Shown here piece after piece: positions 45,289 through 54,528 of a stretch of 63,842 nt of DNA; the first letter of the stretch is position 1, and each line of letters starts with the position of its first letter. The notes beneath the pieces are model-generated. The model ran no database searches. It saw only the letters and a program-made list of their open reading frames with translations, and was not told the origin of the DNA. The translations under genes and the position numbers were made by a program. The stretch is from Candidatus Omnitrophota bacterium (GTDB lineage: Bacteria; Omnitrophota; Gorgyraeia; Tantalellales; Tantalellaceae): the NCBI GenBank assembly GCA_034723315.1, contig JAYEOV010000058.1, forward strand, positions 1 to 63,842, given 5' to 3'.

Positions 45289-46096
45289 TCCCGATGCGGA
45301 CGGTGTCGAAGTATCCCTTCAGCGAAGCGATCGCTGCCAGCGCGGCAAGATAACTCGTTTTGGGATTTTCGGGCGAAGGAACGTTTTCGGTGCGCATGCT
45401 GAGAGCTCCTGCACTGCTCTTGACCTCTATCTCATGCATGTTCCTTGTATAGCCGGGTGAAACCACTATCCTCACCTTCGTTCTTTCCGGGCCGATACCC
45501 GCTATAGACAGAAGCGCGGAGACGTTAACGTTCTTCGGAAAACCTTTTATGGCCTCGGCGGCGCTTCCCTCGAACACTACGGTCTCACCCGTGAGCGTGT
45601 CAACGTCGATTTTATTCTCCTCAAGATATGGCGCGCCCTTGATGGATCTCGGAGCTTTGCGCGTTGTAAGTGTCACGCTTTCTATGCCGGCGATCCCGGC
45701 GGCTTTCACGCCGTCTATCCCGGTTATGGCGCCTGTGGGAAGCATTACTCTTATACCTTTCCTTCTCGCCTCATCCAGCAGGGCCTCGTTCCCCAAAAGT
45801 CCGCCGATACTCATTACCATGATATCTTTCGTTTTTTCAAATGCTTTTCTAAAAAGATCGGGAACGACCCGGGGGGAAGCCGCTTCTATCACAATATCCG
45901 ATCTGTCAAACAGATCTTCCATGCCGCCGGCGATCCCTGCCGCGGAAAGCCTTTCCCCGAGCGCCCCGGACTTTTCAGGATCAACATCAAAGAGCAGGAT
46001 CATTTCTATTCGCGACGAAAGGTTCTTTTCAGCATATTCGGAAAGAGCGGTCCCTATAGCCCCGCATCCTAATATCCCTATCGTTTTTTTGTTCAT
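45284..46096 (-). CDS. nadX: L-aspartate dehydrogenase
   Basis: GILGCGAIG, VIEAAS, GAITGIDG, FEGSAAEA.KGFPKNVNV, NPKTSYLA; start ATG 46096. Confidence 0.93.
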   Translation of the reverse strand: MNKKTIGILGCGAIGTALSEYAEKNLSSRIEMILLFDVDPEKSGALGERLSAAGIAGGMEDLFDRSDIVIEAASPRVVPDLFRKAFEKTKDIMVMSIGGLLGNEALLDEARRKGIRVMLPTGAITGIDGVKAAGIAGIESVTLTTRKAPRSIKGAPYLEENKIDVDTLTGETVVFEGSAAEAIKGFPKNVNVSALLSIAGIGPERTKVRIVVSPGYTRNMHEIEVKSSAGALSMRTENVPSPENPKTSYLAALAAIASLKGYFDTVRIGT

Positions 46097-46116
46097 CTGT
46101 ATATCCTCCAGTGACC

Positions 46117-47052
46117 TCACGCCGCTTCAAGCATCCTCTCCAGCGCTTTGCGCGCCTTCGCTGATATCTCTTCGGGGACCACGACCTTATAGACCATCTT
46201 TTCAAGAGACCTCGCAAGCCATCCCAGGGTTGTAAGTTTCATGTTGGCGCAGATAAACTGATCAGTAGGTATGTAGAACTTCTTGCCTGGATTATCTCTC
46301 CGCAGTTTGTATATTATTCCCATTTCCGTCCCTATGATAAATTCCTTCCTGGGGCATTCCTTAACGTACTTTATCATCCCCGCGGTGCTCCCTATATAAT
46401 CCGCCAGTTCAAGCACTTCTTTTCGGCATTCGGGATGAGCCATGAATTCGGCTTCCGGATGAAGTTCCTTCGTCTTCAGGACCTCCTCCCTTGTCAACCT
46501 CATATGCACTATGCAATAACCGTCCCACAGTATTATGTCCTTCTCCGGGACCTGCTCCCTGACATAACGGCCCAGGTTCTTATCTGGAACGAATATTACC
46601 TTATCTTCCTTCAGTGTATTTACTATCTGGACCGCGTTGGAAGACGTGCAGCATATATCGCTCTCCGCTTTTACCGCGGCCGAAGAATTCACGTACGCCA
46701 CAACGGCGGCCTCGGGATATTCGGCCTTTTTCTTCCTCAGTTTATCCACCGTTATCATGTCGGCAAGCGGGCACCCGGCTTCTTCTACCGGAAGGAGCAC
46801 TTTCTTGTCGGGGCTGAGCATGTACGCGCTTTCCGCCATGAACTTGACGCCGCAAAAGACCACCACCTTTTCTTTCGTTTCCGCGACCTTGCGGGCCAGG
46901 GCGTAAGAGTCCCCCGTAAGGTCGGCTATTTCCTGTATCTCGTCACGCTGGTAATTATGCGCGACGATAAGAGCGCCTCTTTCTTTCTTGAGTTCCAGGA
47001 TCTTTCTTGTAAGATGCTCCTTATATTTAATATCAAATTCGGCCTTCTTCAT
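46117..47052 (-). CDS. nadA: Quinolinate synthase
   Basis: AHNYQ, GDSY.LA, FCGVKFMAE, AGCPLA, YVNSSA.VKA, AHPEC, CANMK. Confidence 0.96.
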   Translation of the reverse strand: MKKAEFDIKYKEHLTRKILELKKERGALIVAHNYQRDEIQEIADLTGDSYALARKVAETKEKVVVFCGVKFMAESAYMLSPDKKVLLPVEEAGCPLADMITVDKLRKKKAEYPEAAVVAYVNSSAAVKAESDICCTSSNAVQIVNTLKEDKVIFVPDKNLGRYVREQVPEKDIILWDGYCIVHMRLTREEVLKTKELHPEAEFMAHPECRKEVLELADYIGSTAGMIKYVKECPRKEFIIGTEMGIIYKLRRDNPGKKFYIPTDQFICANMKLTTLGWLARSLEKMVYKVVVPEEISAKARKALERMLEAA

Positions 47053-47199
47053 TTTGTAAATAAACCCCTTCTAAAAAACAAGTTAAATGAGCACATGGCT
47101 TACGCGACTGAAAGGCGCGTAAGTCATAGTGCGAATTTAATCCCGCGCGAACGAGCAAAGCGAGTGAGACGCGGGATCCAAAAAGGAAATTCCTGCTAT

Positions 47200-47319
47200 A
47201 GAACTTAGCCCGCCTTTGGCGGGAACTTTTCTCCTGTCCCGTAGGAGCGGCCTCCAGGCCGCGAACAAAATAATCACCATGGATTCGCCGCCTGGAGGCG
47301 GCTCCTACGGCTTTGGTTA
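47200..47319. repeat. Family C REPIN-like element
   Basis: ccgtaggagcggcctccaggccgcgaac ... ttcgccgcctggaggcggctcctacgg inverted pair. Confidence 0.85.
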
Positions 47320-47384
47320 TTGAAATTCCGTTACGATAAATTAAAAAATCCCCCTGGCCCCCTTTTTCAAAGGGGGGAGGCGAG

Positions 47385-47432
47385 AAATTAAGCGCTCCGC
47401 GCAACTTGGGGGCTATATGGCGCGCTTAATTT
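47385..47432. repeat. Family E hairpin
   Basis: aaattaagcgctccgcgcaacttgggggctatatggcgcgcttaattt; contains the panC stop. Confidence 0.8.
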
Positions 47433-48286
47433 AATGTGATTTTATCGATTATCGCGTTATCAATCAGCCTAGTCTCCCCGATAAAAGCCGCCACCGCTAT
47501 AAGTGTGTTATCTTTAATCCACTCAAGAGGGACAAGTGTCTTCCCGTCCACTATTCCAATATAATCTATACGCACGTCTTTGCCGTCTTTCAGGATGAGC
47601 GCCATTTGCTCTTTTATGCGTTCCGCGAAAAGTTCCCCGTCCGCGATCATCTCCTCAGCACGTTTCAGAGAACGGGAAAGACCGAGCGCCTGAAGTCTCT
47701 GGTCCCCTGAAAGGTACGTATTACGCGAACTCATGGCCAGGCCGTCGAATTCCCTGACTATCGGCATGACACGGATCTCTACCGGTATGTCCAGGTCTTT
47801 CACCATCTTTTTTATTACCGCGGCCTGTTGCGCGTCTTTCTGCCCGAAATAAATCTTGTCCGGAACCACTATGTTGAACAACTTGGCGACAACGGTTGTC
47901 ACTCCCCTGAAATGTCCGGGCCGTGAACTTCCGCAAAGCGTTTCCGTGAGACAGCCTTCCACTTCAACGACCGTTGAATGCCCCGGAGGATACATCTCTG
48001 CTGTCGAAGGGACAAACATAATATCGACGCCTTCTTCCACGGCCAGGCGCCTGTCGCGATCAAGGTCGCGCGGGTACCTGCCAAGATCCTCCCCGGGAGA
48101 AAACTGGGCAGGGTTGACAAAAATGCTCATAACGGTGATATCGCATTCTTTCCTTGAGGCGCGCACCAGGCTTAGATGCCCCTCGTGCAAAAAACCCATC
48201 GTAGGGACGAATCCTATTGACTTGCCTTCACCCCTCGCTTTGCGCGAGTACTCCCGCATCTTATCTGACGTCGCGATCACCTGCAT
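47426..48286 (-). CDS. panC: Pantoate--beta-alanine ligase
   Basis: FVPTMGFLHEGHLSL, SIFVNPAQF, RPGHFRGV.TVV, FGQKDAQQ, AMSSRN, RLIDN. Confidence 0.97.
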   Translation of the reverse strand: MQVIATSDKMREYSRKARGEGKSIGFVPTMGFLHEGHLSLVRASRKECDITVMSIFVNPAQFSPGEDLGRYPRDLDRDRRLAVEEGVDIMFVPSTAEMYPPGHSTVVEVEGCLTETLCGSSRPGHFRGVTTVVAKLFNIVVPDKIYFGQKDAQQAAVIKKMVKDLDIPVEIRVMPIVREFDGLAMSSRNTYLSGDQRLQALGLSRSLKRAEEMIADGELFAERIKEQMALILKDGKDVRIDYIGIVDGKTLVPLEWIKDNTLIAVAAFIGETRLIDNAIIDKITLN

Positions 48287-48322
48287 GTTCTCTGATAAAT
48301 TCCGTTACGACAAAAATAAAAG

Positions 48323-48435
48323 TATATTCCGGGGACATGCCTGGGCGCCCCCACGTGTCGCCTACAACAGGCGTGTCCCCGGAACTTCAGCAGTGTCCAC
48401 TTGTCGTCTACAACAGGCGTGTCCCCAGAACTTCA
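48323..48435 (+). repeat. Family B repeat with an extra right arm
   Basis: ttccggggacatgcctggg...caggcgtgtccccggaacttcag...caggcgtgtccccagaacttca. Confidence 0.85.
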
Positions 48436-48467
48436 ATGAGCAAAATCGGTGGTTATCCTCAATTTTG

Positions 48468-48953
48468 TCAAATGTTGTGGTCTGACCCCAATGCCTTCAA
48501 TTCCCCGTATAATTCCTCAACTGTCTTTTCCAGCACGGGATGAACCGCGCCGGGAGCGATCGCAGCCAGCCCCTTCAGAACAAAAACCCTTTCATGCATC
48601 CGGGGATGCGGAACGGTCAGCTTTCCCGTGTTCAGGATGAGATCGTCGTAAAGCAGAATGTCTATGTCTATTATTCGAGGATGATTTCTTTCCGCGGAAG
48701 GCTTTCGTCCCATATCTTCTTCGATGACCTTCAACAGGTCCAGAAACTCCCCCGGAGGGATCCCTGTTTTGACCTTCAAGACACCGTTCAGATAGTTTTC
48801 CTGCCGCGGTCCTCCCGCGGGATGCGTCTCATAGAACAGGGAACGATCCAGGATGGCCGCGTTTCCCGTGGTCTCGAGCCGGAAAACTGCTTCTTTGAGG
48901 TTCGACTCCTTATCCCCTATGTTCGATCCTATTCCGAGATAAGTGATCGCCAT
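48468..48953 (-). CDS. folK: 2-amino-4-hydroxy-6-hydroxymethyldihydropteridine diphosphokinase
   Basis: YLGIGSNIG, YLNGV, PRIIDIDIL, PHPRMHERVFVL; start ATG 48953. Confidence 0.95.
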   Translation of the reverse strand: MAITYLGIGSNIGDKESNLKEAVFRLETTGNAAILDRSLFYETHPAGGPRQENYLNGVLKVKTGIPPGEFLDLLKVIEEDMGRKPSAERNHPRIIDIDILLYDDLILNTGKLTVPHPRMHERVFVLKGLAAIAPGAVHPVLEKTVEELYGELKALGSDHNI

Positions 48954-48954
48954 T

Positions 48955-49060
48955 TTCGTGTTTCGTCGTTCGTGCTCGTCCCGTACTCTTGTGGTACGGG
49001 GATTCGTGCATCGTTTTGGGTGAAGTGATCCACGATTCACGAACCACGATCCACGATTCA
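48955..49060 (-). repeat. Family D repeat (inverted) with heptamer tract
   Basis: ttcgtgctcgtcccgtactcttgtggtacgggga ... cacgattcacgaaccacgatccacgattca. Confidence 0.8.
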
Positions 49061-49078
49061 TATGTCGTTCAACTTCAG

Positions 49079-50248
49079 CTAACTAAAGAACGCCTTCTTT
49101 ATGCGATCCGCGGCTTCCTCGAGCTTATCGGCGCCGACCGTAAGAGCCATCCGGACATACCCTTCGCCGTTCCGGCCGAACCCGACTCCCGGTGTCATGA
49201 TAATGTCCGCTTTCTGCAGCATGGCTTTTGCGAGAGAAAGCGAATCGTATCCCCCGAACACGGGCGCCCATATATAGAAAGTGGCTTTCGGGCTCGTGAC
49301 TTCCCACCCGGCTTTTTTAAGGCCGTTCACAAGGATATCCCGTCTTTCCTGATAGATCCTGTTGCCTTCGGTTTTAACCTCTTCGGCATGTTTCAAAGCT
49401 TCGATGGAAGCCATCTGTATGGCCGTGAATATCCCGGAATCTATGTTCGACTTGACCTTTGCCAGGCCGTTAATGATCTTCCGGTTGCCGACGGCCATTC
49501 CCACACGCCAGCCCGTCATGTTGAAAGTCTTTGAGAGTGAATGGAACTCAATACCGACCTCTTTCGCCCCTTCGGTCTCAAGAAAACTGTGAGGGGCATA
49601 TCCGTCGAAGCTTACTTCCGTATACGCAGCGTCAGAACAGACGATAATACCGTATTCCCGGGCGAAAGAAACCACTCTCTCGTAGAATTTCCTGTCACAT
49701 GTCGCCCCTGTGGGATTGTTGGGATAGTTCAGATGCATGAGCTTGCACCTTGATGCCGCGTTCCTGTCTATCGCGTCCAGGTCCGGAAGAAAACCGTTCT
49801 TTTCCAGAAGCGGCATGAAATTTACCTTTCCTCCCGCAAAGATGGCCCCTGAATTATACGGAGGGTATCCCGGATCTGGCACAAGGAGCTCGTCCCCCGG
49901 ATTGATGAACGCCAGAGGAATGTGGGCAATGCCTTCTTTTGAACCGAGAAGAGGAAGGACTTCCGTGTCGGGGTCCAGATCTACGTTAAAGCGCCCCCTG
50001 TACCAGTTCGCCATTTCCTTCCGCAGGGTATCAAGCCCCCTGTTCAACGCATATTTGTGTGTTGAAGAATCAAGGCTGGCATCATAAAGTCTCTTTATGA
50101 TGAAATCCATTGTAGGACGGTCCGGATCGCCCACGCCGAGATCTATTACGGGACGTCCCGCTTCAAGCGCTGTTTGTTTCGCCTTATCGATCTCTTCGAA
50201 CAGATAAGGAGGCAACTGTTCAAGCCGGTCTGCAAAATCGATATTCAT
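49079..50248 (-). CDS. dapL: LL-diaminopimelate aminotransferase (class I PLP aminotransferase)
   Basis: LPPYLF, LGVGDPD, LNYPNNPTG, DAAY, FHSLSKTFNMTGWRVG; context dapB-dapA-dapF-lysA. Confidence 0.88.
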   Translation of the reverse strand: MNIDFADRLEQLPPYLFEEIDKAKQTALEAGRPVIDLGVGDPDRPTMDFIIKRLYDASLDSSTHKYALNRGLDTLRKEMANWYRGRFNVDLDPDTEVLPLLGSKEGIAHIPLAFINPGDELLVPDPGYPPYNSGAIFAGGKVNFMPLLEKNGFLPDLDAIDRNAASRCKLMHLNYPNNPTGATCDRKFYERVVSFAREYGIIVCSDAAYTEVSFDGYAPHSFLETEGAKEVGIEFHSLSKTFNMTGWRVGMAVGNRKIINGLAKVKSNIDSGIFTAIQMASIEALKHAEEVKTEGNRIYQERRDILVNGLKKAGWEVTSPKATFYIWAPVFGGYDSLSLAKAMLQKADIIMTPGVGFGRNGEGYVRMALTVGADKLEEAADRIKKAFFS

Positions 50249-50269
50249 CTATCTCCCTATTGTTAGAAG

Positions 50270-51016
50270 CTACCTGGACAACCCCAATACGTCCGTCATG
50301 CTGTACAGCCCGGGGGATCTTCCAGAAAGGAATTTCGCCGCTTTAAGCGCTCCCGCCGCAAATACGTCACGGCTCCTGGCGTCATGGCGGATCTCTAATC
50401 TTTCGTATTCACCCTCAAAAACGATCCCGTGATTACCGATAACCTCTCCTTCCCTGAAAGCTTCAATCGGAGGCTCGACTCCCGTGGATCTTTTCACTAT
50501 AGTTGCTATCATCTTAGCAGTTCCGCTCGGGGAATCCTTCTTGTGAACGTGATGTGTTTCGTCTATTTTTATACTGAAATCCCCGCCAAGCACCCCGGCT
50601 GCCTCCCTTACTATGTTGAAAAGGAGGTTCACCCCGACAGCCATATTAGGTGAAAACACTATGGGTATAACGCCGGAGGCCTCCCTGATCCTGGCCACTT
50701 CCCCTTCTTCAAGTCCGGTGGTCCCAATGACCATTGGGACCTTTTCTTTACGGCATACCTCCAAATGTTCCAGGGTAGGAGCGGGCAATGTGAACTCGAT
50801 AAGACAGTCGATACCGCCGCATGCCCCTGCCGGATCAGAAGTGACCTCTACACCCAGTTCGTCCGCCCCCAGAACAAGGCCGAGATCTTTACCCGTTCCC
50901 GGGTAATCATCTTTTTCGATCGCGGATACGATCTCGATATCAGGGTCTTTTATCGCGAGCTCCGCGATGCGTCTGCCCATTTTCCCGCACGCGCCGCTTA
51001 TTCCTATCTTCAGCAT
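50270..51016 (-). CDS. dapB: 4-hydroxy-tetrahydrodipicolinate reductase
   Basis: GACGKMG, VIGTTG, SPNMAVG, ETHHVHKKDSPSGTA, FAAGAL; start ATG 51016. Confidence 0.96.
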   Translation of the reverse strand: MLKIGISGACGKMGRRIAELAIKDPDIEIVSAIEKDDYPGTGKDLGLVLGADELGVEVTSDPAGACGGIDCLIEFTLPAPTLEHLEVCRKEKVPMVIGTTGLEEGEVARIREASGVIPIVFSPNMAVGVNLLFNIVREAAGVLGGDFSIKIDETHHVHKKDSPSGTAKMIATIVKRSTGVEPPIEAFREGEVIGNHGIVFEGEYERLEIRHDARSRDVFAAGALKAAKFLSGRSPGLYSMTDVLGLSR

Positions 51017-51105
51017 ATTTCCCTCCGCATTCCCGATGCTAGGTATTGTGCACACTTGCTCGATATGGGTATCTCGTATCGCGTATCGCGTATCTCATAT
51101 ATAAA

Positions 51106-51182
51106 AGTATATTCCGGGGACATGCTTGGGCGAGCAAAATAAGCGCCAACAACAAGCGTGTCCCCGGAACTTCAGAACTTCA
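51106..51182 (+). repeat. Family B repeat
   Basis: ttccggggacatgcttgggcg...caacaagcgtgtccccggaacttcag. Confidence 0.85.
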
Positions 51183-51187
51183 CCACG

Positions 51188-52054
51188 CTAGATCAGTTTA
51201 TATTTCTGAAGGATTTTCCTAAGCTTTTCCCTGTTCTCTTTATCCATCTCGCAAAGCGGAAGGCGCCATTCCTCTTTTACCCTGCCCATCATGCTCAACG
51301 ATGTCTTGACCGGAATGGGGTTCGTTTCAATGAACATCGCCCTGCACAACTCGATCATCCCGTAATGGATATTCCGGCTGGTTTCCCGTCTACCGTCCAG
51401 GTACGTCTGGACCAGGTCGTGAACCCTCCCCGGGACGATATTCGCCACGACACTGACGACGCCGGTGGCCCCCACAGACATAAAAGGCAGCGTCATTGAA
51501 TCGTCGCCGCTCATAACCGTTATATCACAGAGAGAGAGGATATCCATGACCTGCTGCACGCTCCCGGCAGCCTCCTTGATGGCTACGATGTTGTCTATCT
51601 CATACAGCCGGGCCACTGTTGAGGGAAGGAGCGATATGCCTGTCCTCGAAGGAACGTTATACAGCATTATGGGTATATCGACCTTTTTCGCGACCTCCGC
51701 GTAATGCCTGTACTGTCCTTCAGGAGTGGGCTTGTTATAATAAGGAGCAATAATAAGCGCTCCGTCACAGCCGGCTTTCTTCGCGAAAGTGGTAAGTTCG
51801 ACTGTTTCCACGGTGCTGTTGGACCCCGTTCCTGCGACAACGGGCAGTCTCCTGTCGGACATTTCAACGGCGATCTTTATAAGGCGTTTCTGCTCCGGCA
51901 TCGCAAGCGTCGCGGCTTCCCCTGTGCAACCGCACGGGACCAGCCCGTCGGTCCCCTTGTCAACATGGAAAGCTATAAGATCGCGAAAAGCCTTCTCGTC
52001 CACTCTCCCATTCTTGAACGGTGTGACCAAAGCCACGTATGAACCCTTGAACAT
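51188..52054 (-). CDS. dapA: 4-hydroxy-tetrahydrodipicolinate synthase
   Basis: ALVTPF, GCTGEA, AGTGSNST, PYYNKP, LYNVPSRTG, IKEA, SGDD, TNPIPVK. Confidence 0.97.
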   Translation of the reverse strand: MFKGSYVALVTPFKNGRVDEKAFRDLIAFHVDKGTDGLVPCGCTGEAATLAMPEQKRLIKIAVEMSDRRLPVVAGTGSNSTVETVELTTFAKKAGCDGALIIAPYYNKPTPEGQYRHYAEVAKKVDIPIMLYNVPSRTGISLLPSTVARLYEIDNIVAIKEAAGSVQQVMDILSLCDITVMSGDDSMTLPFMSVGATGVVSVVANIVPGRVHDLVQTYLDGRRETSRNIHYGMIELCRAMFIETNPIPVKTSLSMMGRVKEEWRLPLCEMDKENREKLRKILQKYKLI

Positions 52055-52091
52055 GTTTCCTCCTTGGATCAGATCCAGAACTATGAACCAG

Positions 52092-52267
52092 GACCCATTT
52101 CATAACCCTGTTCTACTGCGGCTGGCTGCAAAACCCATTGACTGCGTTTTCGGGGCAAAATGTCCTCAACGTAGCGCACCGGCTACGTTTCCGGGCATTT
52201 TGCCCCTCAGGCCTTGTCAATGGCCTTTTCGCTCAGCCTCGTAACGAACGGGGTTATGAAATGAGTC
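52092..52267 (-). mobile_element. MITE family A, complete 176-bp copy in reverse orientation
   Basis: ccag|gacccatttcataaccctgtt ... gggttatgaaatgagtc|ctaa; abuts the TAG stop of dapF. Confidence 0.9.
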
Positions 52268-53086
52268 CTAAACTTTTCCCTCGTAAACTATACTCGCCTT
52301 GCCTTCGAGATAAACATCCGTGACTTTCTGCCCGGATAGATTGAAATACACGTTGACGGTATCGCCGCTGCGCGTCCTGACCCTGACAGGACTGGAAGCG
52401 CAGCCCAGAAGCCCCATGACCACGGCGGACGCCACAACGCCGGTCCCGCACGCCAGTGTTTCGTCCTCGACACCGCGCTCATAGGTCCTCACCGCGGCAT
52501 TGTCCGCGTCCATCTCCCCCACAAAATCAACGTTAGTGCCTTCCGGGGAGAAAAGCGAATGTTCCCGTATCTTTCTGCCTGTCTCTTTCACCTGGTACCC
52601 TTCAAGATCGTCAACAAAATGCACGACATGAGGTACGCCGGTATTTATATAACAAATTTTCATGATACTTGACCCTATGCCAAGATTTATATCAAGCTTG
52701 ATATCCCTGGGGTCGCTCATTCTTATCTTGACGTTACCGCCATCGACCTGAGCCGCCAGGATACCGGAACCGGTCTCTATGCTGAGGTCTTCGCCCCATC
52801 CGCATGCGGCGGCGTAAAACGCGCTGCATCTGGCGCCATTGCCGCACATGTCAACTTCCGACCCGTCGGGATTGATTATGCGCATACGGAAAACCGCCCT
52901 GTCCGAATCTTCAAGGATCAGCAGGCCGTCGGCTCCGATAGAAAGCTTTCTGGGACAAAGTTCCCGTGCCATTTCCGGATAATCCAGCTGCCGGGCGTCC
53001 AGTTCGCCGCGTTTATTGTCAATGATTATGAAATCATTGCCGCTTGCCATGGCTTTTGTAAAATTGACGTTATATTTTCCGCTCAT
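52268..53086 (-). CDS. dapF: Diaminopimelate epimerase
   Basis: SGNDF, GADG, NPDGS..DMCGNGARC, NTGVPH, YERGVEDETLACGTG; the start could be 53116. Confidence 0.96.
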   Translation of the reverse strand: MSGKYNVNFTKAMASGNDFIIIDNKRGELDARQLDYPEMARELCPRKLSIGADGLLILEDSDRAVFRMRIINPDGSEVDMCGNGARCSAFYAAACGWGEDLSIETGSGILAAQVDGGNVKIRMSDPRDIKLDINLGIGSSIMKICYINTGVPHVVHFVDDLEGYQVKETGRKIREHSLFSPEGTNVDFVGEMDADNAAVRTYERGVEDETLACGTGVVASAVVMGLLGCASSPVRVRTRSGDTVNVYFNLSGQKVTDVYLEGKASIVYEGKV

Positions 53087-53145
53087 ACCCTTCGCCTTTT
53101 CCGGTTCATCCTTCACCCCTTACAGGGCCTTCCCCGCCGAAGCGA

Positions 53146-54396
53146 TCACCTCAACTTCTTAAGTATCTTTTCCCCGCGTATCAGGTCACGGTGCGTCTCG
53201 GCGGACCTGACCACCTTTACCTCGCCGTCTATAACCATGAGTTCCGCGGGACGGGGCCTGGAATTATAATTCGAGGCCATGGTAAAACCATAGGCACCCG
53301 CTCCCATCACGGAAAGGTATTCGCCCGGGAGCAGCTCGGGCAGCTCCCTGTCAAGGGCAAGGTAATCCCCGCTCTCGCATACCGGGCCCACTACATCATA
53401 TACGATGTTCCTGGACCTGCGTTCTACGACCGGAAGTATCTCATGATAAGCGTCATAAAGGCTCGGGCGTAAAAGGTCGTTCATGCCCGCGTCGACTATA
53501 GCGAACTTCTTCCCCGTGGAACCCGTCTTCACGTATAATACCTTACAGACCAGGACCCCGCTGTTGCCGACAATGAACCGGCCCGGTTCGAGGATCAGCC
53601 TGAAAGGCCTGTCTTTAATAAGGGGCAATATCTTTCCGGCAAACTCCCGCGCCGTTGTGGCCTTTTCCTTCCCGTAAACGATACCGAAACCTCCCCCCAG
53701 GTTGAGCCATTCGATCTTAATGCCGCTGTTTTCAATAAAACCAAGGACTTTCTCTATCGCGCTCACAAAAGGCGCGGTTTCAGTTATCTGCGACCCTATA
53801 TGCACGTGTATGCCCTTAAGCTTGATGTTCGAATACTTGTTGGCGTTATCGAATATGTCCTCGGCGCTGCTGAAATCTATGCCGAATTTCTTTTCCTTTG
53901 TCCCGGTGGTTAGGTAATCGTGCGTATCGGCCTTCACGTCCGGATTGACGCGCAACGCCACTCTTGCTTCGCTTCTCAGGCGCTTCGCCACGGAATCGAT
54001 CATTATCAGCTCCGGCACCGATTCAACGTTGAAAAAGAGTATTCCGGTCTGAATGGCCTTCTTTATCTCCTGCTCGGTCTTCCCCACGCTGGCGTATACT
54101 ATCCTTTCGGGAGGACACCCTACCTTAAGCGCTTTATAAAGTTCCCCTCCCGAAACAATGTCCAGCCCGGCGCCAGCGTTCACCAGAGCCCTGCAGATAT
54201 TCAGGTTGGAATTGGACTTCATCGAGAAACAGACGAGAGTATCTGCATCCTTGAACGCCTCCTGTATCTTGAGGAAATGTTCCATCACGGTCTTGTAGCT
54301 GTACAGGTAGAAAGGCGTAGGATATTCCTCGACAATATCCGTCAGGGAAACATCTTCACAATGGAGAATACCGTTCCTGTAAGCAAATTCATGCAT
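53146..54396 (-). CDS. lysA: Diaminopimelate decarboxylase
   Basis: TPFYLY, FSMKSN (PLP Lys), HVHIGSQ, GGGFG, EPGRF, GPVCESGD, GAYG..MASNYN. Confidence 0.96.
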   Translation of the reverse strand: MHEFAYRNGILHCEDVSLTDIVEEYPTPFYLYSYKTVMEHFLKIQEAFKDADTLVCFSMKSNSNLNICRALVNAGAGLDIVSGGELYKALKVGCPPERIVYASVGKTEQEIKKAIQTGILFFNVESVPELIMIDSVAKRLRSEARVALRVNPDVKADTHDYLTTGTKEKKFGIDFSSAEDIFDNANKYSNIKLKGIHVHIGSQITETAPFVSAIEKVLGFIENSGIKIEWLNLGGGFGIVYGKEKATTAREFAGKILPLIKDRPFRLILEPGRFIVGNSGVLVCKVLYVKTGSTGKKFAIVDAGMNDLLRPSLYDAYHEILPVVERRSRNIVYDVVGPVCESGDYLALDRELPELLPGEYLSVMGAGAYGFTMASNYNSRPRPAELMVIDGEVKVVRSAETHRDLIRGEKILKKLR

Positions 54397-54439
54397 ATTC
54401 TTTACTCCGGTTAATATAGCGTCAGCGCCACGTGATCCA

Positions 54440-54527
54440 TAATTTGTAACCGGTTAACTGCTAACTGCTGAACCGATAACCGATCACTGATAACAGATAA
54501 CTGATCACTGATCACCGATAACAGACA
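54440..54527. repeat. Heptamer tandem tract (GATAAC/GATCAC-type)
   Basis: ccgataaccgatcactgataacagataactgatcactgatcaccgataacag. Confidence 0.75.
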
Positions 54528-54528
54528 C

